This document shows positions 1-11,641 of a DNA stretch of 64,000 nt, piece after piece. Both the position numbers and the translations under genes were made by a program. The stretch covers positions 1-64,000 of the forward strand of contig NIVC01001329.1 of the NCBI GenBank assembly GCA_002269645.1, written 5' to 3'. The stretch comes from Macrostomum lignano (lineage: Eukaryota). Every line of letters begins with the position of its first letter. The stretch's first letter is position 1. A model generated the notes under the pieces. That model searched no databases and was not told the DNA's origin. It saw nothing but the letters and a program-made list of their open reading frames with translations.

Positions 1-1181
1 ATTTGACTGACAGCAGTTTGACTGACAGCATTTTGACTGACCAGCAATTTGACGGACAGCATTGACTGACAGCAATTTGACTGACAGCAATTTGACGGAC
101 AGCATTGACTGACAGCAATTTGACTGACAGCATTTGACTGACAGCAATGACTGACAGCATTTTGACTGACAGCATTTTGACTGACAGCATTGAACTGACA
201 GCAATTTGACTGACAGCATTTTGACTGACAGCATTTTGAACTGACAGCAATTTGACTGACAGCAGTTTGACTGACAGCATTTTGAACTGACAGCATTTTG
301 ACTGACAGCATTTTGACTGACAGCATTTTTACTGACAGCATTTTGAACTGACAGCAATTTTGACTGACAGCATTTTGAATGACAGCAATTTGACTGACAG
401 CATTTTGACTGGCAGCATTTTGACTGACAGCATTTTGACTGACAGCAATTTGACTGACAGAATTTTTACTGACAGCATTTTGAACTGACAGCAATTTGAC
501 TGACAGCATTTTGACTGACAGCAATTTGACTGACAGCAGTTTGACTGACAGCATTTTGACTGACAGCATTTTACTGACAGCATTTGAACTGACAGCATTT
601 GACTGACAGCATTTTGAACTGACAGCAATTTGACTGACAGCATTTTGACTGGCAGCAATTGAACTGACAGCATTTGACTGACAGAATTTTTACTGACAGA
701 ATTTTTACTGACAGCATTTTGAACTGACAGCATTTGAACTGACAGCATTTTGACTGACAGCATTTTGAACTGACAGCAATTTGACTGACAGCATTTTGAA
801 CTGACAGCAATTGAACTGACAGCATTTTGAACTGACAGCAATTGAACTGACAGCATTTTACTGACAGCATTTTGAACTGACAGCATTTTGAACTGACAGC
901 ATTTTGACTGACAGCATTTTGAACTGACAGCAATTGAACTGACAGCATTTTGAACTGACAGCAATTTGACTGACAGCATTTTGAACTGACAGCAATTTGA
1001 CTGACAGCATTTTGACTGGCAGCATTTTGAACTGACAGCAATTGAACTGACAGCATTTTGAACTGACAGCATTTTGAACTGACAGCAATTGAACTGACAG
1101 CATTTTGAACTGACAGCATTTTGAACTGACAGCAATTGAACTGACAGCATTTTGAACTGACAGAATTTGACTGACAGCATT
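1..1181. repeat. 15-17 nt minisatellite (ACTGACAGCATTTTG) in MMUT intron 6
   Basis: Direct inspection. Confidence 0.97.
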
Positions 1182-1224
1182 TGGGCTAATTAATCATCAT
1201 TATTAACAGCACTGCCCCACTCAC

Positions 1225-4200
1225 CTTGCCGCCCCTGTCGTGCCCGTCCTGGCCCAGTTTGGCCACCAGAATGCGCGCTGGCGACCCTCGGCGGTGGCGA
1301 ACTCCCTAACCCTGGCCATGATGCTGTCCAGCGCCTCGTTTTTGCCCATCTCGGACAGGTAGGCGCCAGACACTAGCCGGTCGTGGGCAACGTGCCGGCC
1401 GAACACGATCTCCATGGCGTCCGTGATCTCGCCGATGGTGGCCCGCTGTCTGGCAGCCTCGATGGTCAGAGCGAGAAGATTGGCGCCCTCCGATCGGCAG
1501 CCTTCGGTGATGTCGGCCAGGGCCTGATATTAGCCGTAATAATTATTAGTCATTTCCAGGAAACCAAAATCCAATTAAAATATTTCAAGGAAGCAGAAAT
1601 CATTTTAACATTTGAAGGAAACGAAAAGTATCCTTATTTTTTTCCAAGAAAACAGCAATCGATCGAAAATCATTTCCGAAAAATCGCATAACTAAAGCAC
1701 ATTTCTAGGAAATTGAATCGAAATTATTTAAACAAATTTCAAAACAATGTTTTCAACAAAGTAACGAAGAGAACAAAGAACGACTCTATGAAAGTACCGA
1801 TCCAAGAAAATGAGCAAAGCGTAATTTTTTAGCTCAAATTACCTTCTCAACGCCGGCCTTGTTGCGCTTGGATCGGGTTTGCTGCACCCGAGCCTTCTGC
1901 GCCTCCAGCACCATCGTGTTGTCAATGACCAACACATCAACCTTCTCTTTCTCTGCCTGGTCCGGCGGCAGACGGTACTTGTTGACCCCGACTATCACCT
2001 CGTTACCGCTGTCTATGCGGGCCTGAGGGGTGAGAACCGGGATTGTAGTGTTCTTGCAGGAGCCTGGGGATCTGGGAGGCTGGCCCAGTAACAGAGAGTC
2101 TGAGAGGCTGGCCCAGTAACAGAGAGTCTGAGAGGCTGGCCCAGCAACTGGGGATCTGGGAGGCTGGCCCAGTAACCGAGAGTCTGAGAGGCTGGCCCAG
2201 AAACTGGGGATCTGGGAGGCTGGCCCAGAAACTGGGGATCTGGGAGGCTGGCCCAGCAACTGGGGATCTGGGAGGCTGGCCCAGCAACTGAGGATCTGGG
2301 AGGCTGGCCAGCAACTGGGGATCTGGGAGGCTGGCCCAGAAACTGGGGATCTGGGAGGCTGGCCCAGAAACTGGGGATCTGGGAGGCTTGCCCAGTAACG
2401 AGAGCCTGAGAGGCTGGCCCAGAAACTGGGGATCTGGGAGGCTTGCCCAGTAACCGAGAGCCTGAGAGGCTGGCCCAGAAACTGGGGATCTGGGAGGCTG
2501 GCCCAGCAACTGGGGATCTGGGAGGCAGGCGTTGGCCCAGTAACGGAGGATCTGGGGCGGGGTGTGGCGGTTGGGAGGTTGCTGATGGCTTAGTGGATGG
2601 ATGCTGTTGGCATAGAGTAGACCAGGTACCGAGGCTGCATACCTGCTTCTTAGCGGCAGCCTCCTCAATCTTGAGCTTCGGAATGCCGTCGGCAACGGCC
2701 TTGGCCATGCCGCCGTGGGACTCAATTTCCTGAATGAGCTTGAGCGCCTTGTCGTAGATCTCGTCAGTGAGAGCCTCCATCATGTAGGAGCCGCCCCAGG
2801 GATCGATGACGCGGGGGATGCCGGTCTCCTCCTGCAGAATGATTTGCGTGTTGCGGGCGATTCGAGCAGAAAACTGAGTCGGCAGGCCCAGAGCTTCGTC
2901 AAACGAGTTCGTGTGCAACGACTGGGTGCCGCCGAACACTGAGGCCATGGCTTCCACCTGGAGACAAGATGGAAAAAATGAAGAACAAGCCATAAAGTGC
3001 GAAACTTCCTTTTAGAAATCTCCATATCCATATCGTCAACGAGCACAAGCTCTTCTTCCAGTCTTTATAGAACCGCTCTGTCGAAAAAAATGACGTCATC
3101 AGATGCTATTAATAGAACACCCTGACCCACAGAAGAGGCCACTCACCGCAGTACGAATAATATTATTATAAGGATCCTGCTCAGTTAGCGACCAGCCGGA
3201 GGTCTGCGAGTGGCACCTCAACAGCAGCGACTTTTCCGACTTGGGCTTGAAATTCTCCTTGAGCAAAATGGCCCACAGGCGCCTGGCCGCCCGCAGCTTA
3301 GCAATCTCCATGTAGAAATTCATTCCGATGCCCCAGAAGAAGCTCAGCCTGGGCGCGAACTCGTCAATAGTGAGGCCGGCCTTGATGCCAGCGCGGCAGT
3401 ACTCCAGGCCATCGGCGATGGTGAAGGCCAGCTCTTGGATTGCGTCGGCTCCGGCCTCCTGCAGGTGACATTCGGAGGGAAAGGCATATTGCATCTAGGC
3501 CTGTCAATCAACCATTGTGTCTTTTTACCTGTTACCGTGTGTCTTTGTATCTGTTACCGTGTCTTTGTATCAGTCCCCGTGTGTCTTCGTATCTGTCACC
3601 GTGTGTCTTTGTATTAGTCACCGTGTGTCTTTGTATCAGTCACCGTGTGTCTTTGTATCAGTCACCGTGTGTCTTTGTATCAGTCACCGTGTGTCTTTGT
3701 ATCAGTCACCGTGTGTCTTTGTATCAGTCACCGTGTGTCTTTGTATTAGTCACCGTGTGTCTTTGTATTAGTCACCGTGTGTCTTTGTATTAGTCACCGT
3801 GTGTCTTTGTATCAGTCACCGTGTGTCTTTGTATTAGTCACCGTGTGTCTTTGTATCAGTCACCGTGTGTCTTTGTATTAGTCACCGTGTGTCTTTGTAT
3901 CAGTCACCGTGTGTCTTTGTATTAGTCACCGTGTGTCTTTGTATTAGTCACCGTGTGTCTTTGTATTAGTCACTGTGTGTCTTTGTATCTGTTACCATAT
4001 ATCTTTGTATCAGTCACCGTGTGTCTTTGTATCAGTCACCGTGTGTCTTTGTATCAGTCACCGTGTGTCTTTGTATCAGTCAGCGCGTGTCTTTGTATCT
4101 GTCACCGTGTGTCTTTGTATCTGTTACCATATATCTTTGTATCAGTCACCGTGTGTCTTTGTATCAGTCACCGTGTGTCTTTGTATCTATCACCGTGTCT

Positions 4201-5727
4201 TTGTATCAGTCACCATGCGTCTTTGTATCAGTTACGGTGTGTCTTTGTATCTGGTACTGTGTGATGCAGCAAACAGCCCTACCTGCATGTGATAGCCAGA
4301 TATGCTAATACAGTTGAACTTGGGCATATTCTTAGAGCAATAGCTGAATATGTCGGCAATGATGCGCATGCTGGGCTCAGGCGGAAAAATGTAAGTGTTG
4401 CGGACCATGAACTCCTTCAGGATGTCGTTTTGGATGGTGCCGGCCAGCTCCGCTTGATTGGCGCCCTGCAGGTTCAGATATTTACAATCCTTTAATAGAG
4501 CACTGTCACTCACAGAATCAGATAGTTCATTCACAGAATCAGATAGTTCACTCACAGAATCAGATAGTTCACTCACAGAATCAGATAGTTCATTCACAGA
4601 ATCAGATAGTTCACTCACAGAATCAGATAGCTCATTCACAGAATCAGACAATTCACTCACATAATCAGATAATTCACTCACAGAATCAGATAGTTCAGTC
4701 TCAGAATCAGATAGTTCAGTCTCAGAATCAGATTACCAATGAGTCACAAAATCAGGTTACTCATGAGTCACAGAACCAGATTACTTATAACTCACAGAAC
4801 CAGATTACTCATGAGTCACAGAACCAGATTACTCATAAGTCACAGAATCAGGTTACTCATGAGTCACAGAACCAGATTACTCATAAGTCACAGAATCAGG
4901 TTACTCATGAGTCACAGAATCAGATTACTAATGAGTCACGAAATCAGGTTACTCATAACTCACAGAACCAGATTACTAATGAGTCACAAAATCAGGTTAC
5001 TCATGAGTCACAGAACCAAATTACTCACAAGTCACAAAATCAGATTACTCATGAGTCACAGAATCAGATTACTCACAAGTCACAGAATCAAGTTACTCAT
5101 GAGTCACAGAATCAGATGACTCACCTGCTCCTCGGCAGCCACAATATAGAAGGCCAGCACGGGCAGCACAGCTCCATTCATAGTCATAGAGGTGGATATC
5201 TTATTCAGTGGGATAGAGTCAAAAAGGATTTTCATATCCTCCACGGTATCGATGGCCACACCGGCCATGCCGACGTCGCCCTTCACCCTGGGGTTGTCGC
5301 TGTCGTAGCCACGGTGAGTGGGCAAGTCGAAGGCCACACTGAGGCCCTGCTGTCCTGCGGCGATGTTGGCCCTATAGAATTTATTGCTCTCCTCAACCGT
5401 GCTGAAACCCGCGTACTGGCGAATTGTCCAGGGCTTCTGGGCGTACATTGTGGGATAGGGACCCCTAGTGTACGGGAATTTGCCGGACACTTCCCTGTCA
5501 ACTTTGGCCGCGTCATCTTTTGTATAGATTGGCCGGATAACAATGCCCTCGGCTGTGCGCCAGTTTAACTTGGTCGGATCCTGGCCTTTCAGTTGTTTTT
5601 TAGCTAGGGCCGCCCAGTCTTCGGGCAGTTGGCCACCAGATGCAGCAGCTTTGCACAGGTGACGATTGGACTGACCAATGGCGGCGCGGAAGCCGGCAAC
5701 GGTGCGAGAGGCGGCTAGAAGGCGCAT
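1225..5727 (-). CDS. MMUT: Methylmalonyl-CoA mutase, mitochondrial (3' partial). Exons 5125-5727, 4283-4465, 3147-3458, 2643-2957, 1843-2022, 1225-1523; continues left of the window. Apparent 1-nt deletion near 1277.
   Basis: Spliced translation gives hallmark motifs [60 protein letters not shown] and [13 protein letters not shown]. Adding one base restores [15 protein letters not shown] (cobalamin DxHxxG motif). All junctions are GT-AG. N-terminus [14 protein letters not shown] resembles a transit peptide. Confidence 0.97.
2066..2555. repeat. About 28-nt minisatellite (GGGATCTGGGAGGCTGGCCCAGCAACTG) in MMUT intron 4
   Basis: Direct inspection. Confidence 0.95.
3516..4262. repeat. 22-nt minisatellite (GTCACCGTGTGTCTTTGTATCA) in MMUT intron 2
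   Basis: Direct inspection. Confidence 0.97.
4505..5118. repeat. Adjacent 21-nt (4505-4731) and 24-nt (4738-5118) minisatellites in MMUT intron 1
   Basis: Units TCACAGAATCAGATAGTTCAC and GAGTCACAGAACCAGATTACTCAT. Confidence 0.95.
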
Positions 5728-8700
5728 CTTCTGTGCGCTTGTGTAGATGGCATGCAATAAAGGCAGTATTTTTGTTGGGTAAAAGGCGAGAGTAACTATG
5801 CCTCTATTAGAAACAAAACATGCCTCGTCACCTAATTAGTTTTAACTTTATTGATTAATTCTGAATTTTACCTACGAGTAGCTAGTGCAGCAGTTTTCCA
5901 CAAAAATATACGGTTGTTATGTGAAGAGCCTTTTTGCAATACAGCAGTGCTCAATATGCAATTTGAATATTTCCCTCTTTGGCTTCAAATAATTAGTGCT
6001 CTTCTCTTTTGGTCATCAGCTTTTGTTTTTCTCTCTTAGATGCCAAACTAAGTTTTACTTTTTGTTTTAATGCTCAAAATATATTGGGACATTCTTTTTT
6101 TAAAATATGCATGTAAAATGACTATATATATGGATGAACTTCCTCACAAATAACCTTTTCTAACTCAATTGGACTCTTATTCTATCTTTCCAATTTTCTT
6201 ACATTTTGGACAATACTTGCCTATATAGTAATATTATAGTAATACTCTAGTAATATTTATATATTAGCAGAGTCCTTATGAGTACTTAACTCAAAATTAA
6301 CACTTAGTACTTAACACTCAAAATTAAGAAATTTCTACAAAATAAAGTAATTAAGTTATTTAGTAAATATGAAGATCAAATAGCATGTTTAATAATAACT
6401 TTTTAAGTGTTATAGTATTTATTGAAAAGTTAAAAATGTCTATACAAAATATATATTAAATTTCTCAATAGCATTAAAAGTTGCTACCTTTGACAATGTG
6501 CAATAAATTCTTGCAGTATTGACTTTGAGTGACATAGCTTGCACTATGCAATTTGGAGTTAGGTTAGGTAAAAGGGATTGAAAAAAGTTGAAGGTGAAGA
6601 TTGGATAGATTGAAGCTTCTACCTACTTTTCATTGTTTTTTTCAAGTATTTTTAATATCAAAATGGTTAGTTAGATGCCACACTCTCAAATCTGGTACAC
6701 CAAAGAAATGACTCCCTATATCATAAATTCAAATTTATGCCAGAAAAAAAATTAACTTGTGATCTTTATGTTGGAAATTATCAAAAGTATTGCAACAATA
6801 AACAATACAAGACCCTTTCCTGGATTATAACATTTTGGTCTTTTACTCTTTTGTATGCTAATAGCTATGCTATATACAGCTCTATGGCACAATTTTCAGT
6901 AGATTACTCTATATACCAGATACTTTATACTTATAGTTTAATGATAGATAGCCTAAAACAATAGAGATGGAATCAGGATAAAAATTTATAATATTTTATT
7001 TAAATTAAAACAACTTAATAACCTAATAGACCAAGTAATAATTGGTTTTAATTAGAATTAGAAATTTGATTGATATCTAAATACTAGTAGTTGCTTTGAT
7101 ATAGGAATGACAATTTGGAACAAGTCAAAAGTTAAATATTATATTGGTATAGATATTGTGGATCACGATTGACATAAATGAAGGGATAGAATTAGGCCAG
7201 GGGACAATTATTTTCTAATTAGTATTGCAACCAAAAAATTATTAAGGAAATTGATTTTTAGAGTAATAAATACCTAGAAGAGAAAAGTAAAGAAAGAGGG
7301 GAAAAGATAACTTGGCCTTGTATTTTGGGAAAAATTTGCTTGGTTCCCCTTTGAGTTTTTTGGTTTTTGCCTCTTGCCCCCTAGTATTTGCTCCCTTACC
7401 CCTATTCCCTGGTTGCACCATTGGCTTTAAATCTGATAACTGATGCTTGAAGATAGGCAGAGATTAATTAATAAAGGCATAAAAAATTGACTATTTGAGA
7501 AGGCTTTTGAGAAGGCTTCAAAAAAGAATTCTGGTTACTTTGGTAATAGTTTAGTGACAATCACATTGGTAATATCTATTTCAGTGATAGGTTAATTTAA
7601 TAACAAATATATATGTATGTATGCATAAAGCATTCATTTCACTGTCTATAATTATCTATGCATATTATTTTAAAGGTGATTAAAAATGCATATAAATTTT
7701 CATGTAGTCAAGAACATTCTTAAATATATGCATCTCAAAGTGGAATTCACAAAAGATTTCATTGCATCTATTGTATGAATCAAATGCCAATTGCAATTAT
7801 ATATGCAATTACATGTAAGCTGCATATGCATTGAATATAACTTAATGATCAAATCTCAATTAACAAATTTGAAATATGCATAAAATTAAACCTTAAAAAT
7901 CAAAACTCCGTTAATAAACTAAAAATGACAAATAGTTAATACATAATAATAGGCCTATAGGCCTATAAAGCAAATAGGCCCTAGTTAAAATCTGGAAAAT
8001 AAACATGGAGAAAAGTAAAAAAATAAACAATAGGCTATTTATCATTTATAGGCCTAGGACTACATATAGCAAAGCAAAGGGTATTTCAAAAAGAATAATA
8101 AATTAATAAATTAATAAAAATTCTCTATCAATTATCATTGTCTACTAATTCATCATAAAAATAAATCAGACTAGTAAATAATAGATAGGCCCCCCTAGGC
8201 CCCTACACATTTGGCCCTAAAGCCCAAAGTAGGCCTATAGCCTAACCTGTCACCAAAATGGAAATTACCAAAGTGACTATCATTGAAATAGGCCTAACTA
8301 GTTCCCTTATAAATAATAGAAGACTATTGAAGGAATTAAGGGTAGGGTTGGAATTTGATCTGTCAATCACAATCAGTAGACCTAGACCTAGCAAACCGCT
8401 TAGGCCTATATAGGTAGGGCTATCTGAACAAAAGTAAATGAAAAGAAAAAAACTTGTTTAAAAGAAACTTCGGCATTCCCCTGTACTGAAGCTCAAGTTC
8501 AACATGAACAATAGAACTAGTGCAATAGACCTTTCTTTGACCAAATTACAATGAAATGTCAAAGTCAGAGTCAAACGAAAGAGAAATAACTAATAAATAA
8601 TGAAAAAAAAACATTTTATAAATCGAAGCAATTCTAAATTGTCATGTAAAACTTTGCGAGTCGAAATCGTGCTCCTAATACTAGTAGAATATCTGTTCAC

Positions 8701-9050
8701 AGATAACACCACTCATCTCATGCCAAGCAAAAGTTCGTCATGTGTAAATTTAAAACAACGAACTTATTGCTTTTAAATGTACGCTTATTTGTTTATTAGA
8801 AAATTAAAACATCGTATTAATTTTCTTTAACTAATAACTAATAAGTAATTTAAAGCATCCTGGAAAGTATTTGGAAGCACTCTTATCATAATACTGACCA
8901 ATTATTTGTTTTAACTACTGACTGTTAAAAAAGAGTTCTTGAGGTATGTGTACTATGTAGAATATTTTCCCAACACAGAAAAACTGTGTTTTCGTATCTG
9001 ATAAGTATTGCTTTATTGAATTGTTCAAATTATAGTTAGGGAGATACGCA

Positions 9051-10083
9051 CAAGGACTTCTAGACTAACAGGACGTAAAACTCAAAGATCGTGCAATTTT
9101 TTGGAGGCCACGATTTCCTGGAAAAAATACACTGCGAAGATAGAAAAAATCTGTTTTTCGTCACAAAATCTGTGATTGTATTTGATCTGGGGCAGTGAAG
9201 ACTACCATTCTTTTAATTTACCATGCACAACATGTTACTCTATTATATTTTCATATAGCTATGTAATGAAGTTTTAATTTTCATATTGTTTTCACTTTAT
9301 TTCATAAGCCCAAAGTTGCAAACTCACAAGTGGCATTAGACCTAGCCAAATATCAAATTCAAGAAAAGAAAAGCTATTCAAATTTGTAATATAATAATAT
9401 TTTTAGCCTTTAAAATAAAAATTATAAAAGGACTAATCAATGTTTTTTCTTATAGATACCTAGTAAAAATGGTTAGGGCCTATTTTTGTGATTAAGTCTA
9501 TTCTTCTTAAATCTTAGTCTTAAATATAGGCTTGGCTTAAAAACTGATAATACAGCTTTCTCAAGCCTAGGTAACCAACCATATGAAACTATGTATTGGT
9601 AATCTATATATAATAAAAAATCATTGTCTAAATTTAATTACTTATTAGGCTAGATAGTGTAGTGATAGGTCTAGTTCTAGTAGGCCTAGGAATTAGTATA
9701 GTTACTAAACCTACAATAATAGCTTAAGACTAAGAGTACCTACTTGCAATGTTTTTATACTTTATTTTAAAAAGAACAACACAAAAAGTTTGGCTAATGC
9801 CACTTGTGAGTTTGCAACTTTGGGCTTATGAAATAAAGTGAAAACAATATGAAAATGAAAACTTCGCTACACAGCTATATGAAAATATAATAGAGTAACA
9901 TGTTGTGCATGTTAAATTAAAAGAATGGTAGTCTTCACTGCCCCAGATCAAATACAATCACAGATTTTGTGACGAAAAACAGATTTTTTCCTATCTTCGC
10001 AGTGTATTTTTTCCAGGAAATCGTGGCCTCCAAAAAATTGCACGATCTTTGAGTTTTACGTCCTGTTAGTCTAGAAGTCCTTG
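9051..10083. mobile_element. Non-autonomous DNA transposon (MITE) with about 290-bp TIRs and 8-bp TSD; P or hAT superfamily
   Basis: 9051-9339 is the reverse complement of 9794-10083 with few mismatches. GATACGCA is duplicated at 9043-9050 and 10084-10091. Termini CAAGG...CCTTG. Confidence 0.92.
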
Positions 10084-10580
10084 GATACGCATCTTTCAAA
10101 AGGTTTTAGAAAGTTTCGTTTGGAAGTTTGGAAGTGTGTAACAATTATATGTGCTCAGGAGTCAGAGGAATGGGCGAATTACCCCAGCGCTGAGGTTGGG
10201 GAACGATGTCGCCGAATAACTTCTACCAAAACACAATGACGAGTCAAAACGGTCATTATTACACCATTCATAGACTCCACCGCCAGATTCTTCTAATTGA
10301 TAAGATCGAGCTACGGCTTTGCATGATTTTATTAAAAAATACTAATAATATATGATGAGTATAAGTTATATGGACTCGTACGTCCATTATCTTATCTGAT
10401 TGTCAATTCCATCAACTGTCTATTGGCCTCGGCCAATCAACGCAGTCCTCAGTCTTGTAATGTGGGCCAGATAAATCAGTCCATGGGGGTGATACCTTAT
10501 ACGTACATGTTACATCGATCATATGGGTAGGCTGCCTGGGTTGAAACGCGATTGAAACGCTCTACATTTGTCCGCCGTCA

Positions 10581-11254
10581 CTGTCTATGGTTGAAGCATA
10601 TTTCAATTATATTCAATTCATCACTTATAGCCACTGTATATTTCACTGCCAACAAACACAAGACCAAACACAACAGGAATGAAACACGAAGTAAACGAAA
10701 TAATTCAGTAAATAACGCTTGGAAGCTCAAAATGATATGTGGCTGGAGAGTTCATCAATAGTTACCTCAATAGTTTTTTGAATCTCAATACCAGATATTT
10801 TTTGAAGCGCTTCACATGGAGAGCGGTTTGATCCGTGGTCGATTTGCGTTTGGCAGCCTCTTCGACGTCTTGCACAGCAGCTTCCTCTTCTTCCGTCAGT
10901 TCCCGCAGAAGCTCGGCATTATTCAGAATGCTTGGATTGGACAATTCTGCGTCAATCAACTCCTGCTGTCTTACGGTCAGACCGGTCCACTGACTAACTT
11001 CTTCACCAGGATCACGATGTCCAAGTTGCTGCAGAAACTCATCTCATTCATTTCTAAACCGCTATCTTCCTCTAGTATTGATTCCCAGTGAAACATGGCT
11101 AATTCCGAACCTTAAAGCTGTTTAAATCTTATTTTCTCTCCCGCCCACCAAGAGAAGAATGCTTCAAACTCTTTTTGGGTTTCAACCATAGACAGTCTCC
11201 GCGGACTGCGAAACCGCCACGAAGCATATAGCTAAAGCTTTTTCAACCATAGAC
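10581..11254 (-). mobile_element. Possible Crypton/DUF3504-like relic
   Basis: ORF fragment RELTEEEE..EEAAKRKSTTDQTALHVKRFKKYL resembles the N-terminus of DUF3504/Crypton proteins (from memory). It is flanked by a perfect 15-bp inverted repeat (10581-10595 / 11181-11195). No catalytic domain is present. Confidence 0.3.
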
Positions 11255-11545
11255 CGTTTCTGTGGACGTGAAACCGCGTTGTGCGTCGGCGCTTCAGCCT
11301 ACCCATAACACTAATATGGACTGGCTGTTCGAACTGAAACGCCGAGAAACGTCCTCAACAGCCAGTCTATATTAATATATTTCCATTCCATTTTGCTAAT
11401 TATAGAACTCCTTGGCCTGGCCATCGACTACAGAAACGTATTTATTCAGAGGTTTAGCTCGTATTGCGCCAGACTGTGAATTTGAAGGTAAATTCGATTA
11501 AAAAGCTGAGAAAAAACTTCAGATAATCATTGTTTTAAACAAGTT

Positions 11546-11551
11546 TTTATT
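11546..11551 (-). terminator. Candidate polyadenylation signal (AATAAA) of the ETS gene
   Basis: AATAAA on the minus strand about 90 nt downstream of the stop codon. Confidence 0.4.
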
Positions 11552-11641
11552 TTAAAACTAATCAGAGAATTTGGTTTTTGACGTCACAGCAACAGAGGGA
11601 CTATTATACTGTCAGAATAGTCAGCTATTTGATTAAAAGAA

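Noticed and set aside
329-1180. Long ORFs of 81-283 aa (MLSVK/CCQ repeats)
   Set aside because: They are translations of an intronic minisatellite; several frames are open only because the unit lacks stops.
1225-5727. Bacterial origin (HGT or contamination) of the mutase
   Set aside because: Spliceosomal introns, a mitochondrial-type N-terminus and animal neighbours fit the normal animal MMUT.
6400-7260. Possible decayed transposase in AT-rich DNA (YIGIDIVDH vaguely piggyBac-like)
   Set aside because: The similarity is too short, stops are frequent, and no TIR or TSD was found.
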